From Halovenus sp. (GTDB lineage: Archaea; Halobacteriota; Halobacteria; Halobacteriales; Haloarculaceae): DNA of 64,000 bases. The stretch's first letter is position 1. Every line of letters starts with the position of its first letter. Both the position numbers and the translations under genes were made by a program. The notes under the pieces were generated by a model. The model did not search any database and was not told where the DNA came from. It worked only from the letters and a program-made list of their open reading frames with translations. Location of the stretch: positions 2,078 through 66,077 of the forward strand of contig JAQCNM010000031.1 of assembly GCA_028275025.1 (NCBI GenBank), given 5' to 3'. This document shows positions 10,439-20,904 of this stretch, piece by piece.

Positions 10439-11548
10439 ATGACCCAGAAACGGGCGTACACCGGCGACTACGCGGACAAGACGCTGTACCTGCCGGGACC
10501 GACGGAGGTTCGCGAGGAGGTACTCGACGCGATGGCACAGCCCATGTTCGGGCACCGGATGGACCGGATGACCGACCTCTACACCGAGATCGTCGAGAAC
10601 ACGAAGTCGTTTCTCGACACCGACGACGACGTTATCATACTCACCGCCTCGGGAACGGAGTTCTGGGAGGCGACCACGCTCAACCTGGTCGAGGAGCGGA
10701 TGCTGGTGCCGACATCTGGTGCGTTCAGCGAGCGTCAGGCAGACGTCGCCGAGCGCCTCGGCAAACAGGTCGACCGCATCGAGTACGAGTGGGGAAAGGC
10801 GGTCGACCCGGCGGACGTGCGGGCGGCACTCGAAACCAGTGACGACGGCTACGACGCCGTCGGGATGGTGATGAACGAGACCTCGACCGGTGTCCGCAAC
10901 CCCGTCGAGGCGGTCGGCGACCTGCTTGGCGAGTATCCGGACACCTGTTTCGTCGTCGACGCCATCTCCTGTCTGGGCGGGGACTACGTCGACACCGAGG
11001 CACACAACATCGACGCCATCTTCACCTCGACACAGAAGGCGTTTGCCATGCCACCCGGGCTGGCGGTCTGTACGGTCAGTGACGCCGCCTACGAGCGGGA
11101 ACTGGGGGCGGACAGCGCGTCCTGGTACGGCGGGTTCCAGCGCTGTCTCGACTACTACGACAGAAAGGGACAGACCCACTCCACACCGGCGATCCCACTC
11201 ATGCTCGCCTACCGCGAGCAGATGGAGCACATGCTCGCAGAGGGCCACCACGAGCGTGACCGTCGCCACCACGAGATGGCCGAGCACACCCGTGACTGGG
11301 CGCGAGAGCAGTTCGGCCTGTTTGCCGAGACGGGGTTCGAATCACAGACGGTGACCTGTGTCGAGAACACCCGGGACATCGACGTGGCCGCGACCGTCGA
11401 AACCGTCTCCGAGGAGTACGACATGCTGTTTTCGAGCGGGTACGGCACGCTCGCTGAGGAGTCGTTCCGAATCGGTCACATGGGGGAACACACCGTCGAG
11501 AGTGTCAGGGCACTCACCGACGCCATCGAGGACGTCGCCGACCTGTAG
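10439..11548 (+). CDS. Class V PLP-dependent aminotransferase (alanine-glyoxylate/serine-pyruvate type)
   Basis: Motifs LPGPT, NETSTG, VVDAISCLGG, STQKAFAMPPG, FRIGHMG. Confidence 0.9.
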   Translation: MTQKRAYTGDYADKTLYLPGPTEVREEVLDAMAQPMFGHRMDRMTDLYTEIVENTKSFLDTDDDVIILTASGTEFWEATTLNLVEERMLVPTSGAFSERQADVAERLGKQVDRIEYEWGKAVDPADVRAALETSDDGYDAVGMVMNETSTGVRNPVEAVGDLLGEYPDTCFVVDAISCLGGDYVDTEAHNIDAIFTSTQKAFAMPPGLAVCTVSDAAYERELGADSASWYGGFQRCLDYYDRKGQTHSTPAIPLMLAYREQMEHMLAEGHHERDRRHHEMAEHTRDWAREQFGLFAETGFESQTVTCVENTRDIDVAATVETVSEEYDMLFSSGYGTLAEESFRIGHMGEHTVESVRALTDAIEDVADL

Positions 11549-11578
11549 CCTTCGATCACTGCCCCAGCCTGTGGTATC

Positions 11579-12535
11579 TCAGGCGGGGTTCTCGCCGGTC
11601 CGGTCGGTGATGAGGTCCCGGAGGTCGTCGCGCTCTTCGAGACTGTCCATCTCCTCTCGTTCGATGAGTGCAGTCCCGTCGACAGCCTCCCGCGGGGCGT
11701 CGTCGACGACGTACACGGCACGGGTGCCCGTGACGCGACCGACCGAGGACATGATACGGGCGCGCTTCTCGGCGGTCTTTGTAAACGACGAGTGGCCGGT
11801 CAACACCTGCTCGGCCTCGCCGTCGTCGCTGACCGTCTCGAAGGGGGCTCGGTCCGTGGGGTGTACCTCGTAGCCCACGCGGGTGAGCACCGCCACCACG
11901 GACTGGTCCGACGGGTCGGGCTCCGGTGCGTCCGGCGGGTCGTCTGCCTCGCGAACGGACTCGTCGTCGAAGAGGTCGACGGGCGAGGTCAGCGGCGCGT
12001 CGAACAGCTCCTCGAGCTGTGCGGCCACCTCGACGCTCGCGTCCATCCCGTTCTCGTACTTCGAGACGGTGCGCCGGGAGACACCGAGCTCCGTGGCGAG
12101 CTGACCCAGCGACCAGCCCCGCTCCTCGCGCATGTCGACCAGCACCTCGCTGTCGATGTTGACGTACAGCCCACCCGGTGCCGCGTAGATGAGCGGTGGC
12201 ACCCCCTCGACGAACAGGTCCATCGCGGTGTCGGGCGAGAACACCGGAACCCCGTGTCGAAAGTACACCACCTCGGGTTCGAGCTCCTGATCGCGGGTAC
12301 GCAGCCCGACGACCAGCGGTGTCGCACCGAGGTACTCACCCAGTCGCCGCATCTCTGCCCCCGTTCGTGCGTCGAACGCGTCGATGTTGCTCAGTATCTT
12401 CACCAGCAGGATATCCTCCCCCCGGCGGGCCGCGATGTCGAAACTCTTCGGCCGAACCGCACAGCGGTCGCTCACGACGAACCCTGCGTCTTCGAGCATC
12501 GCCGTGACGTTTCCGACTAATGCGGAGCGTGTCAT
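11579..12535 (-). CDS. Archaeal Cro/C1-type HTH transcriptional regulator (COG1395-like)
   Basis: N-terminus [47 protein letters not shown]. Confidence 0.85.
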   Translation of the reverse strand: MTRSALVGNVTAMLEDAGFVVSDRCAVRPKSFDIAARRGEDILLVKILSNIDAFDARTGAEMRRLGEYLGATPLVVGLRTRDQELEPEVVYFRHGVPVFSPDTAMDLFVEGVPPLIYAAPGGLYVNIDSEVLVDMREERGWSLGQLATELGVSRRTVSKYENGMDASVEVAAQLEELFDAPLTSPVDLFDDESVREADDPPDAPEPDPSDQSVVAVLTRVGYEVHPTDRAPFETVSDDGEAEQVLTGHSSFTKTAEKRARIMSSVGRVTGTRAVYVVDDAPREAVDGTALIEREEMDSLEERDDLRDLITDRTGENPA

Positions 12536-12701
12536 CACTCGGTCGTAGATGTCGTGTACGGTTAAATGCGTTGTGACCCGGCGGCAGACCGAGTGGTCGT
12601 CGCCTGGCGGTTCCCCGCCTGTCGGACTGTTCGACCCGCCTCGGGACCCAGAACCGGGTGTGTCTGCTCTCACACGGCCACAGACCAGCGAGGGGTGACC
12701 G

Positions 12702-13769
12702 TCACTCGAGGCGGTAGCGCAGCAGGGCCGCGATACCCCCGAGGTTGGCGAGCTGGCGACCGGGGTCGAACTCGCCGGAGAACACGGTCACCTCGCCGCC
12801 TTTCTGCTCTGTCGTCTCGATGATGCTGTCGGCGTCGACGTTCCAGTCACCGTCACCGGAGCGCTCGGCCCGGAGTCGCCCGTCGAGCACGAGCAACTGC
12901 TCGACGGCGCCGTACTCGGCGGCCCGTGCGACCTGCTCGGGCCCGTAGGCGACCTTCGCCCCCTCGGCGATGCGGTCGGTCAACTCGTCGATCAGCGCCG
13001 ACTCCTCGGCGATACGTGTCTGGCGCTGGATCTCCTCGACGGCACCCCGCTTGAGCACCTCGTGGACCCCGCGGTCGCCGACACCGCTCGTGTCGACGGT
13101 CGTGATACTGGCGTCGACATCGGGCCCCTCGGACTCGATGTACCCGAGTGCGTCGGTCTTCGTGAACCCCGGGCCGGCGAGCACGATGGCGTCCACGTCG
13201 AGCCGAGAGAGCACCGCCGCGAGCTCCTCGAACAGCTGCGTCCGGGGGCGTGCGTACTCACCCTTCCCGGTCGGCCCGCTGATCGCAGCACGCTCCTCGG
13301 TGCCGTACTGTGCGACAGTGTGGACGTACGCCTGCCCCTCCTCGACTGTGGCAACAGCCACGTCGGGGTTCTCTGTCGCCTCGACAGCCGCCGCCAGACG
13401 GTCGTACTGGTCGGGTTTCCAGTGTTTCTCGATCTCGAGTTCGGTGTGTTGCTCGACGTTTATCGTGTGGTGCTGGCCGAGTTGGTCCTCGCGCGAACAC
13501 GCCTCGATGACGCCGCCGACCCGGAGCCGGTTGGCGAAGCGGGCGAACTCGACGCTCTCGACCCCGAGTTCCACCCAGAGGTGCTCGCGCTCGCCGCCGC
13601 TGTCACGCAGTTGGTCGTCGTTGCGCTGGATACGCCGTGTCGTGTCACCGGCCACCCGGTCGTCCGGTTCGACGACGTGTGAGAGATGCCACAGATCGTC
13701 GAGACTCTCCGGGACGACCGTCAGCCGCTCTCTGTCACCCTCGACCTGCATCCGGTCGGCGATGCGCAT
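12702..13769 (-). CDS. pelA: mRNA surveillance protein pelota
   Basis: Motifs [46 protein letters not shown]. Confidence 0.95.
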   Translation of the reverse strand: MRIADRMQVEGDRERLTVVPESLDDLWHLSHVVEPDDRVAGDTTRRIQRNDDQLRDSGGEREHLWVELGVESVEFARFANRLRVGGVIEACSREDQLGQHHTINVEQHTELEIEKHWKPDQYDRLAAAVEATENPDVAVATVEEGQAYVHTVAQYGTEERAAISGPTGKGEYARPRTQLFEELAAVLSRLDVDAIVLAGPGFTKTDALGYIESEGPDVDASITTVDTSGVGDRGVHEVLKRGAVEEIQRQTRIAEESALIDELTDRIAEGAKVAYGPEQVARAAEYGAVEQLLVLDGRLRAERSGDGDWNVDADSIIETTEQKGGEVTVFSGEFDPGRQLANLGGIAALLRYRLE

Positions 13770-13958
13770 ACCTCGGTTTTGTGACTCCCGGGTAAGTGTA
13801 TGCCGGTCGGTTCCGACCCGGTGAGTCGGCGACTGCTCGACACGGAGCTCGAGGGCGTTACCGAGGCGTCGGGGCCACGCCACCGGGGGTCCCGCGACGG
13901 CAGGACGGGGTAGCACCGAGACGGCAACGTTAATCACCTGCGCCCACCCAGAACTGGT

Positions 13959-14156
13959 ATGGACGACACACGCCGACCGCTGGACGTGCTGGAGGCCGCT
14001 GTTGGCGAACGGATCGCGGTCGAACTAAAGGACGGCACACAGTACGACGGCCGTCTGGCGGGGTACGACCAGCACATGAACCTCGTCGTGGAGACCGACG
14101 AGGACAGAGACACAACGGTTATACGCGGTGACAACGTCGTCTCTATACGTCTATGA
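13959..14156 (+). CDS. lsm: Lsm (Sm-like) RNA-binding protein
   Basis: Motifs [29 protein letters not shown]. Confidence 0.95.
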   Translation: MDDTRRPLDVLEAAVGERIAVELKDGTQYDGRLAGYDQHMNLVVETDEDRDTTVIRGDNVVSIRL

Positions 14157-14323
14157 CCACAGGCACGACCGGCCAGGGGTCGAAGAACACGACAACACAC
14201 GTGAAATGCCGGCGCTGCGGTGAGAAGTCGTATCACGTGAAAAAGGGTGTCTGTTCGTCGTGTGGCTTCGGCGAGTCGGCCAAACGGCGCGACTACGCCT
14301 GGGAGACGAAGACTGGCGAATAG
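14153..14323 (+). CDS. rpl37e: 50S ribosomal protein L37e (56 aa, below ORF-track cutoff)
   Basis: Translated by hand: [60 protein letters not shown] overlap with lsm, the usual archaeal lsm-rpl37e operon. Confidence 0.95.
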   Translation: MTTGTTGQGSKNTTTHVKCRRCGEKSYHVKKGVCSSCGFGESAKRRDYAWETKTGE

Positions 14324-14329
14324 TACAGT

Positions 14330-15760
14330 ATGCACGAGAAGTGCGGTGTCGTCGGTCTCTCACTGCCAGACGAGGACGCCGCGCGCCCGCTCTACTACTC
14401 ACTCTACGCCCTCCAGCACCGCGGACAGGAGTCTGCGGGTATCGTCACCCACGACGGGTTCCAGCAGCACGACCACGTCGGAATGGGGCTAGTGGGTGAT
14501 GCGTTCGACGAGCGGTCGCTGTCCGGGCTGCGCGGCTCGAACGGGATCGGTCACGTCAGGTACCCGACGGCCGGCGGCGTCAACGAGTGCTGTGCACAGC
14601 CGTTCTCGGTGTCGTTCAAGAGCGGCTCACTCGGTCTCTCACACAACGGGAACCTCGTCAACGCCGACGCGGTGCGCGAGGAACTCGCCGGCCTGGGACA
14701 CGCGTTCACCTCGAACGGTGACACGGAGGTCATCGCCCACGACCTCGCGCGCAATCTGCTTGAGGCCGACCTCGTCCGGGCGGTAAAGGCCACGATGGAA
14801 CGACTCCACGGCTCGTACTCGTTGACGATCATGCACGACGAGACCGTGATGGGGCTCCGCGACCCGCAGGGGAACCGCCCGCTCTGTCTGGGGAGAGTCG
14901 ACGGTGGCTACGTTATCGCCTCGGAGTCGACAGCGATCGACGTGCTCGGCGGCGAGCGTATCCGTGACGTCCGGCCGGGTGAGTTGGTCGTGTTGGCCCC
15001 CGACGGCTCGGGTTACGACAGCTACCAGTTGATCGACACCGGGGAGACCGCTCACTGCTTTTTCGAGCACGTCTACTTTGCCCGGCCGGACTCGGTTATC
15101 GACGACCGGCTGGTGTACGACGTTCGCCGGAGTCTGGGACGACGGCTCTGGGAGGAGTCCGGGGTCGAGACGGACGTGGTGTTGCCGGTTCCGGACTCCG
15201 GGCGGGCCTTTGCCTCCGGCTACGCGGAGGCGGCAACAGACGACGGTGCCGACACGGAGTTCGCCGAGGGGCTGATGAAAAACCGCTACGTCGGACGGAC
15301 GTTCATCATGCCGACACAGGACGAGCGCGAGCAGGCGGTGCGGCTCAAGCTCAACCCGATCAAGTCGACAATCGAGGGTCGCTCGGTGACACTCATCGAC
15401 GACTCGATCGTTCGCGGAACAACGTCCACACAGCTTGTCTCTCTCCTGGACGAGGCCGGGGCCGACGAGATACACCTCCGTATCGGGTCGCCGCCGATTG
15501 TCGCGCCCTGTTACTTCGGTGTCGACATGGCGAGCCGCGAGGAGCTCATCGCGGCCGACCGGAGCCCGGAACAGATCGAGGCCGACATCGGGGCCGACAG
15601 CCTCGCGTACCTCTCTATCGACGCCCTCACCGGGGCGCTGGACCGCGACCGCGACGAGCTCTGTCTCGGCTGTGTCACCGGTGCCTACCCCTACGACGTC
15701 GAGGGCGAGGAACGTGACCGCGACGTCTCCCGGCCCGCGGTTAGTGCCGCCGACGACTGA
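14330..15760 (+). CDS. purF: Amidophosphoribosyltransferase
   Basis: Motifs EKCGVVG, LQHRGQESAGI, GHVRYPT, CFFEHVYFARPDS, DDSIVRGTT. Confidence 0.97.
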   Translation: MHEKCGVVGLSLPDEDAARPLYYSLYALQHRGQESAGIVTHDGFQQHDHVGMGLVGDAFDERSLSGLRGSNGIGHVRYPTAGGVNECCAQPFSVSFKSGSLGLSHNGNLVNADAVREELAGLGHAFTSNGDTEVIAHDLARNLLEADLVRAVKATMERLHGSYSLTIMHDETVMGLRDPQGNRPLCLGRVDGGYVIASESTAIDVLGGERIRDVRPGELVVLAPDGSGYDSYQLIDTGETAHCFFEHVYFARPDSVIDDRLVYDVRRSLGRRLWEESGVETDVVLPVPDSGRAFASGYAEAATDDGADTEFAEGLMKNRYVGRTFIMPTQDEREQAVRLKLNPIKSTIEGRSVTLIDDSIVRGTTSTQLVSLLDEAGADEIHLRIGSPPIVAPCYFGVDMASREELIAADRSPEQIEADIGADSLAYLSIDALTGALDRDRDELCLGCVTGAYPYDVEGEERDRDVSRPAVSAADD

Positions 15761-15841
15761 TAGCCGGTGTGGACGGCCACGGGTAGTTCTCCGTCGGGCG
15801 ACAACCGGACACTTAACAGACTGCCGACCCAACAAGATATA

Positions 15842-16660
15842 ATGAGTGACGGAGACGAGAGCCGGGATTCCGCTACGGGAGTCGGGCCGGACGACAGTCT
15901 CCCGTCTGACTCCGAGGAGACCGCGGGTTCGGAGCGGCAGATGGAAAAGCCGGGTGGGCCGTCGGCCGGGGACGAAACCGGCCAACCAACCGGTCCGGCG
16001 GTCGATACCGCCACCGAAACGGGAACAGACCCCGCCGAACACACAAACGACGCGGTGGCCGGTGGGACGACCGACGGTGGACAGCCGGCACGCGGTAGTC
16101 AGAACAGCACGTTCGACAGTCGCGTGGACGGCGCCCTCCAGGCTATCAGTGACGGCGAGCGTCGCATCGACCCCGGTGTGTTGCTGGAGTACACCACCGA
16201 CCGGCGGGACCTCGACCCCTCGGTCCAGTACCAGTGGGGGCTCTGGACCGCGATCGTCGCCGGGGTTCTGACAGCGTTCGTCACCGGGTTGATTAGTGCC
16301 GCCGGTGCACCGGTCGTACTCGGTGGGGTGGCGCTGGTCGTGCTGTTCGGTCTCGGTGCAGGCTGGGTCACGCTGCGCTACCGCCGGTGGGTGTATCAGG
16401 TCCGTGAGGACTCGCTGTATCTGGAGCGCGGTGTGTTGGTCCACCGACGGACCCACCTGCCGTACGTCCGTATCCAGCACGTCGACACGAGCAGGGGGCC
16501 AGTAGAGCGGTGGCTGGGGCTGTCGACGCTGGTTGTCTACACCGCCGGCTCCCGCGGTGCCGACGTGTCGGTACCCGGGCTCAAACCCGAGGAAGCCAGT
16601 GATCTTCAGGGCCGGGTGAAGCGACTCGCTATCGAGGCCGAGGGCGGCGACGCGCTATGA
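15842..16660 (+). CDS. Membrane-flanked bacterial PH-domain protein (YdbS-like) with disordered N-terminus
   Basis: Two TM helices followed by PYVRIQHVDTSRGPVERWLGLSTLVVYTAG. Confidence 0.85.
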   Translation: MSDGDESRDSATGVGPDDSLPSDSEETAGSERQMEKPGGPSAGDETGQPTGPAVDTATETGTDPAEHTNDAVAGGTTDGGQPARGSQNSTFDSRVDGALQAISDGERRIDPGVLLEYTTDRRDLDPSVQYQWGLWTAIVAGVLTAFVTGLISAAGAPVVLGGVALVVLFGLGAGWVTLRYRRWVYQVREDSLYLERGVLVHRRTHLPYVRIQHVDTSRGPVERWLGLSTLVVYTAGSRGADVSVPGLKPEEASDLQGRVKRLAIEAEGGDAL

Positions 16661-18210
16661 ACGGCGAGTTCGGCCCGGACCTGATGCGGCTCGATTCACG
16701 ATCCGTTCCATATCGTGTCGCCGAGAACGGACTGCGCATCGTCGGTGTCATCGTCCTGTCGTCCCTGTTTGGCAACAGTCAGGGGCTCTCTGGCGTACTC
16801 GTGTTCGTCCTGCTCGGTGCCGTGGCCGTCGGGGCGTACGAACTCGCGTACGTCCGGCGGTTCACCTACAAGATAACCGGCGACACGTTCGACATCCAGT
16901 CGGGCGTGCTCTCGCGGCGCGAGCGGGAGATCCCGTTCGAGCGTATCCAGAACGTCGACATCGCACAGAACGTCGTCCAGCGGGCGATCGGTATCGCGGA
17001 GGTGCGCATCGAGACGGCCGGCGGCGGAGCCTCGGAGGCCCAGCTCAGATACGTCAGCCGGGGTGAGGCCACCCGCCTGCAGGAGCTCATCAGCGACCGG
17101 AAACAGGAGGGAACCGAGCGTGACCCCGGTGCGGCCGACGACATCCTGTTCGAACTGTCCGACCGGGAGCTCGGTATCCTCGGGGTTACGTCGGCGAACT
17201 TCCGGTTTTTCGGGGCTATCGTCGTGTTGTTCTCGCTGGTCGGCTCCGCCGGTGCACAGCGGACACAGGCGGCCTTTCCCGAGCCACGGATGCAGCTGTT
17301 GTTGTTGCTGGGACCGGCCGTGGCGGTTGGGGCTCTCGTGTTGCTGTGGGTGCTGAGCGGCGTCCAGGCGGTGTTGCGCTACTACGGGTTCCGCCTGCTC
17401 CGGCACGACGAGGAACTGCGTTACGAGCGTGGCCTGCTCCAGCGGTACAACGGGACCATCCCGCTCTCGAAGGTTCAGACCCTGATGGTACGAGAGAACG
17501 TTCTCGCGCGAGCGGCCGGTTACGCGAGCCTGGCCATCGAGACGGCCGGTTACTCGCCGGGCCAGGGCAGTGATAGCGTCGAGTCTGCGGTCCCGATCGC
17601 TGCCCGCGAGCGGGTGTTCGAACTCTGCAAGACCATCGAGGGGACCGACGAGTTCGAGTTCCAGCGCCCGCCGAAACGCGCTCGAACGCGGTATCTCGCC
17701 CGCTACAGCCTGATCGTCGCCGGTATCGTCGCAATCGCCGCCGGCTATCACGCCCTCTCCGGTCGACTCGACGACTGGTACCTGGCCGCGGTGCTTCTCG
17801 TGCTCGTGCCGCCCGCGGCACATCTCAAGTGGACACAACTCGGCTACCACTACGACGACAGACACATCGTCACGCGCCGTGGGTTCTGGACCAGGCGAAC
17901 GACGATCGTCCCGTACTACCGGGTTCAGACGGTGTCTGACTCACAGAGCGTGTTCCAGCGCCGCCGTGACCTGGCGACGCTCGCAGTCGACACCGCGAGT
18001 TCCGGCGGGTTCTGGGGCGGCGAGGCCGTTGCACTCGATATCGACGTGGAGGTCGCACGGGCGCTCCGAGAGGAGGTCCACGACCGCTTCCAGAGCTCCA
18101 TCACCCGCCGGGCGGAGCTTCTGGAGACACCGACAACCGGGGAGTCGGTGGAGTCACCCCTCGGTGGCGAGAGCCCGGTGACAGACGGCGGTCGTCGGCG
18201 AAACCGATAG
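16657..18210 (+). CDS. Membrane-flanked PH-domain protein (YdbT-like, three bPH repeats)
   Basis: Motifs IPFERIQNVDI, IPLSKVQTL, VPYYRVQTV between TM segments. ATGA overlap with the upstream gene. Confidence 0.85.
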   Translation: MNGEFGPDLMRLDSRSVPYRVAENGLRIVGVIVLSSLFGNSQGLSGVLVFVLLGAVAVGAYELAYVRRFTYKITGDTFDIQSGVLSRREREIPFERIQNVDIAQNVVQRAIGIAEVRIETAGGGASEAQLRYVSRGEATRLQELISDRKQEGTERDPGAADDILFELSDRELGILGVTSANFRFFGAIVVLFSLVGSAGAQRTQAAFPEPRMQLLLLLGPAVAVGALVLLWVLSGVQAVLRYYGFRLLRHDEELRYERGLLQRYNGTIPLSKVQTLMVRENVLARAAGYASLAIETAGYSPGQGSDSVESAVPIAARERVFELCKTIEGTDEFEFQRPPKRARTRYLARYSLIVAGIVAIAAGYHALSGRLDDWYLAAVLLVLVPPAAHLKWTQLGYHYDDRHIVTRRGFWTRRTTIVPYYRVQTVSDSQSVFQRRRDLATLAVDTASSGGFWGGEAVALDIDVEVARALREEVHDRFQSSITRRAELLETPTTGESVESPLGGESPVTDGGRRRNR

Positions 18211-18411
18211 TCCGGACGAACCCGAACTGACGGGGGGTGCTCGCCCGGCTCCCGAGGACCACAGCAGCGCGTTCAAGACGCTCGGTAACCAGACCCGTCT
18301 CGGTATTCTCCGGGTGCTGGCGGCCGAGCAACTGCGTTCCCCCCGTTGTTCCCGGCGGCCGAGAACAGCTCCGCGGGGTTCGCCGTCCGGGTCACAGCCG
18401 CCGAGTGGTGT

Positions 18412-19917
18412 TCAGTCGTCGGCCACGGCGGCGTCCGGGCGGTAGGCCTCGCTGATCCGTTTCCACTTGCCGGTGTGGAACCGCCAGTAGTTGATAACGG
18501 CGGGCACGACGGTCTCCGCCACGAGGGCCGCGTACAGCCCCCACAGACCGAGTTCGGGGACGACGATAGCCGGTGTCGCGCCGACGGGTAGGGAGACGGC
18601 CGGCAGGGTGAGTCCGCGGGCGCCCAGATACGCGAGCGGGAGTGACGCGCCGAACATCCCGATAAACTGGCTGACAAACGGGACACGAGTATCGCCACTG
18701 GCGTTGAGTGGGCCGGCCGCGGCGCTGGTGACCCCTTGGAAGACGACCGCGACACAGGCGGCGTACACGAGATTGACGGCGATAGGGATCACTGGGCTGG
18801 AGGGGCTGTCGGCGAACAGCCCGACCAGTGGCTGTGCGAACACCGCCACGAGGAGCGCCGAGACGAGGTAGGTTGCGACCGTGAACCGGACGATATCGCG
18901 GCCGTAGGCCTCGGCCTCGCGCTCCTCGTTGCGGCCGAGGTGCTGGCCGACCAGGCTCGAGGAGGCGAGCCCGAACCCCCAGCCCGGTGTGTTCATCACG
19001 CCCAGGATACGCCGGGCGATGACCCACGCGGCGACGGTGTTCTCGCCGAAGATGTCGAGGATACCGAGCATCGGAAAGTTGACTACGACCCGGACCAGGC
19101 GGCGGAGCCCGACCGGCAGCCCGATCGACACCAGGTCGGAGATGGTGTCGGGGTCGGCCCAGGCGGCTGTCGGCGAGATCTGTACCGGAAACTCGCCGAC
19201 GCCCGGGAACCGACCACGGACGAGACCGAGCGCGAACGCCCCGGTCACCACCACGTTCGAGAGCACCGTCCCCGTGGCCGCACCGGCGACACCCCAGCCG
19301 AGGACAAAGACGAAGACGGCGTTCAGCGCCACGTTGGTGACCGCACCGCCGGCCCGGAGCTGCATCGCGGTGAAGGCGTCGTCCGACCCGACGAGCACAC
19401 GGCTCCCGACGAGATTCAGCGCGGCAAACGGGATACCAAGCCCCACAATCTGGAGGTAGGTACTACCGTAGGTGAGCGCCCGGTCGCTGTCTGTTAACGC
19501 CGAGATGAACACCTCCGGAACAGTCCAGAAAACCGCCGACAGCGGAACCGTCACCACGACCACGAGCAGTACACTCGAACGAACCGCCAACCCGAGTTCG
19601 TCGAGCGCGTCGACGCCGAACCGCTGGGAGACGAGCGCGATTGTCCCGCCGGCGACCCCGCCGCCGACCACGAACGCCAGCCCCCAGAACGGCGACGCGA
19701 ACCCAACACCGGCGAGCGCCGTGGTGCCGACGGCCACCCCGACCATCGCCACGTCGACGGCGTTTTTCGACATACGTGCGACACCGGTGACGACCCGCGG
19801 CCAGGCCAACTCGGTCGTCTTCAGTGCCCGCTCCCGGTCGATCAGCCCCAGGCGAGCGAGCCCCAGCCCGATCCACCGGATTCCACCCCGAACCGGGTTC
19901 GGAAGGCGGTTACTCAC
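18412..19917 (-). CDS. MATE family efflux transporter
   Basis: About 12 TM helices. Motifs LAWPRVVTG, DVAMVGVAVGTTALAGVG, ALVSQRFG, SLVGQHLG. Start uncertain (GTG 19917 or ATG 19974). Confidence 0.9.
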   Translation of the reverse strand: MSNRLPNPVRGGIRWIGLGLARLGLIDRERALKTTELAWPRVVTGVARMSKNAVDVAMVGVAVGTTALAGVGFASPFWGLAFVVGGGVAGGTIALVSQRFGVDALDELGLAVRSSVLLVVVVTVPLSAVFWTVPEVFISALTDSDRALTYGSTYLQIVGLGIPFAALNLVGSRVLVGSDDAFTAMQLRAGGAVTNVALNAVFVFVLGWGVAGAATGTVLSNVVVTGAFALGLVRGRFPGVGEFPVQISPTAAWADPDTISDLVSIGLPVGLRRLVRVVVNFPMLGILDIFGENTVAAWVIARRILGVMNTPGWGFGLASSSLVGQHLGRNEEREAEAYGRDIVRFTVATYLVSALLVAVFAQPLVGLFADSPSSPVIPIAVNLVYAACVAVVFQGVTSAAAGPLNASGDTRVPFVSQFIGMFGASLPLAYLGARGLTLPAVSLPVGATPAIVVPELGLWGLYAALVAETVVPAVINYWRFHTGKWKRISEAYRPDAAVADD

Positions 19918-20135
19918 CGTGCGCAACACGACACTCAGCCAACGGACCAGCGCCCACAGTTTCTTTCTGGACATGTCTCAGGGTCGGTCGAGATCGGCGG
20001 TCGGTCTCCGGTCGCGCCACGCGGCGGGCGTGCCCGGCACCAGGCGGTCGGTACGAGCCAGGTCACGACAGCTCCGGGTTATGCCCGCGTCGGTGTCGGT
20101 CACCACCTCTCGGTCGGGCGGTGGGGTGGTGACTG

Positions 20136-20798
20136 TCACGAACGCTCCTCATCTCGCTCGAGATCTCCGAGCACCGTGTCCAGTGTCGGCCGGTCTACCC
20201 CCGCCCCGAGCAGAGGGTCGACGACCTGTGCCAGCAGTTCCTCGACGACCACACGGGTGTAGCTCCCGTCGGGTTGGCCGTCACCGAGGGTTATCTGCCG
20301 GGTCCGGGCTCCGTCTAGCGCCGCGACGAGCAGTGCCGCGGTCCGGTCGGGGTCGACCGGGTCGAACACCCCCGTCTCGACGCCGTCGCGTAGGATCTCC
20401 GCCGCTGTCTCCCGCAGAACGGTGTCACTTCGTTCGAGTCGGTCGCGGATGCGTTCGTCGAACGGCCCCTGTGAGCGCATCTCCAGCAGGGCGAGGTGGA
20501 ACGACTCCCGGTGCCCCTCGCTCGGTTCGAACACGAACCGGGCGAGAAACGTCACCAGCCGTTGCTCCGGGGGCCGCTCGGTCTCCCCGGCCAACCGCTG
20601 CTCGTAGTCGGTGATGATGCCGTCGAGAAACGCGACCAGCAGGTCGTCTTTCGTGTCGTAGTGATAGTGCAACAGTGACGTGCTCTTCTCGCACTCGTCG
20701 GCTATGTCCTGCATCGTCAGGTCGGCGTACCCGTGATTGCACAGGGCACGGTACACACCGTCGAGTATCTCGTCGTCGTCCGTCGCGGTCCCGCTCAC
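20136..20798 (-). CDS. TetR/AcrR family transcriptional regulator
   Basis: HTH HGYADLTMQDIADECEKSTSLLHYHYDTKDDLL. Lies upstream of the MATE gene. Confidence 0.92.
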   Translation of the reverse strand: MSGTATDDDEILDGVYRALCNHGYADLTMQDIADECEKSTSLLHYHYDTKDDLLVAFLDGIITDYEQRLAGETERPPEQRLVTFLARFVFEPSEGHRESFHLALLEMRSQGPFDERIRDRLERSDTVLRETAAEILRDGVETGVFDPVDPDRTAALLVAALDGARTRQITLGDGQPDGSYTRVVVEELLAQVVDPLLGAGVDRPTLDTVLGDLERDEERS

Positions 20799-20817
20799 TG
20801 ACTAACTAGTCAGTCAG
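20798..20817. promoter_or_regulatory. Palindromic TetR operator candidate
   Basis: CTGACTAACTAGTCAGTCAG matches its reverse complement at 18/20 positions and abuts the TetR start codon. Confidence 0.7.
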
Positions 20818-20904
20818 GAGCGGATAATCAGTTTCGGTTCGGACCGTCGAACCACGTCCGCTCCGGGGCTGTGGTTTATTACTCGGAGCGCCGTACCGTC
20901 GAAC

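Noticed and set aside
13770-13958. GC-rich hairpins between pelA and lsm as an RNA gene
   Set aside because: No tRNA, SRP or RNase P signature. Short stems are expected at this GC content.
14639-16480. Long antisense ORFs (also 29504-30940, 36003-37898, 44089-45759, 45545-47161)
   Set aside because: Shadow frames of real genes caused by stop-codon scarcity in high-GC DNA. They carry no motifs.
19978-20139. 53-codon minus-strand ORF between tetR and the MATE gene
   Set aside because: No recognisable motif. It overlaps a GTCACCACC/GGTGGTGAC hairpin that is better explained as RNA structure.
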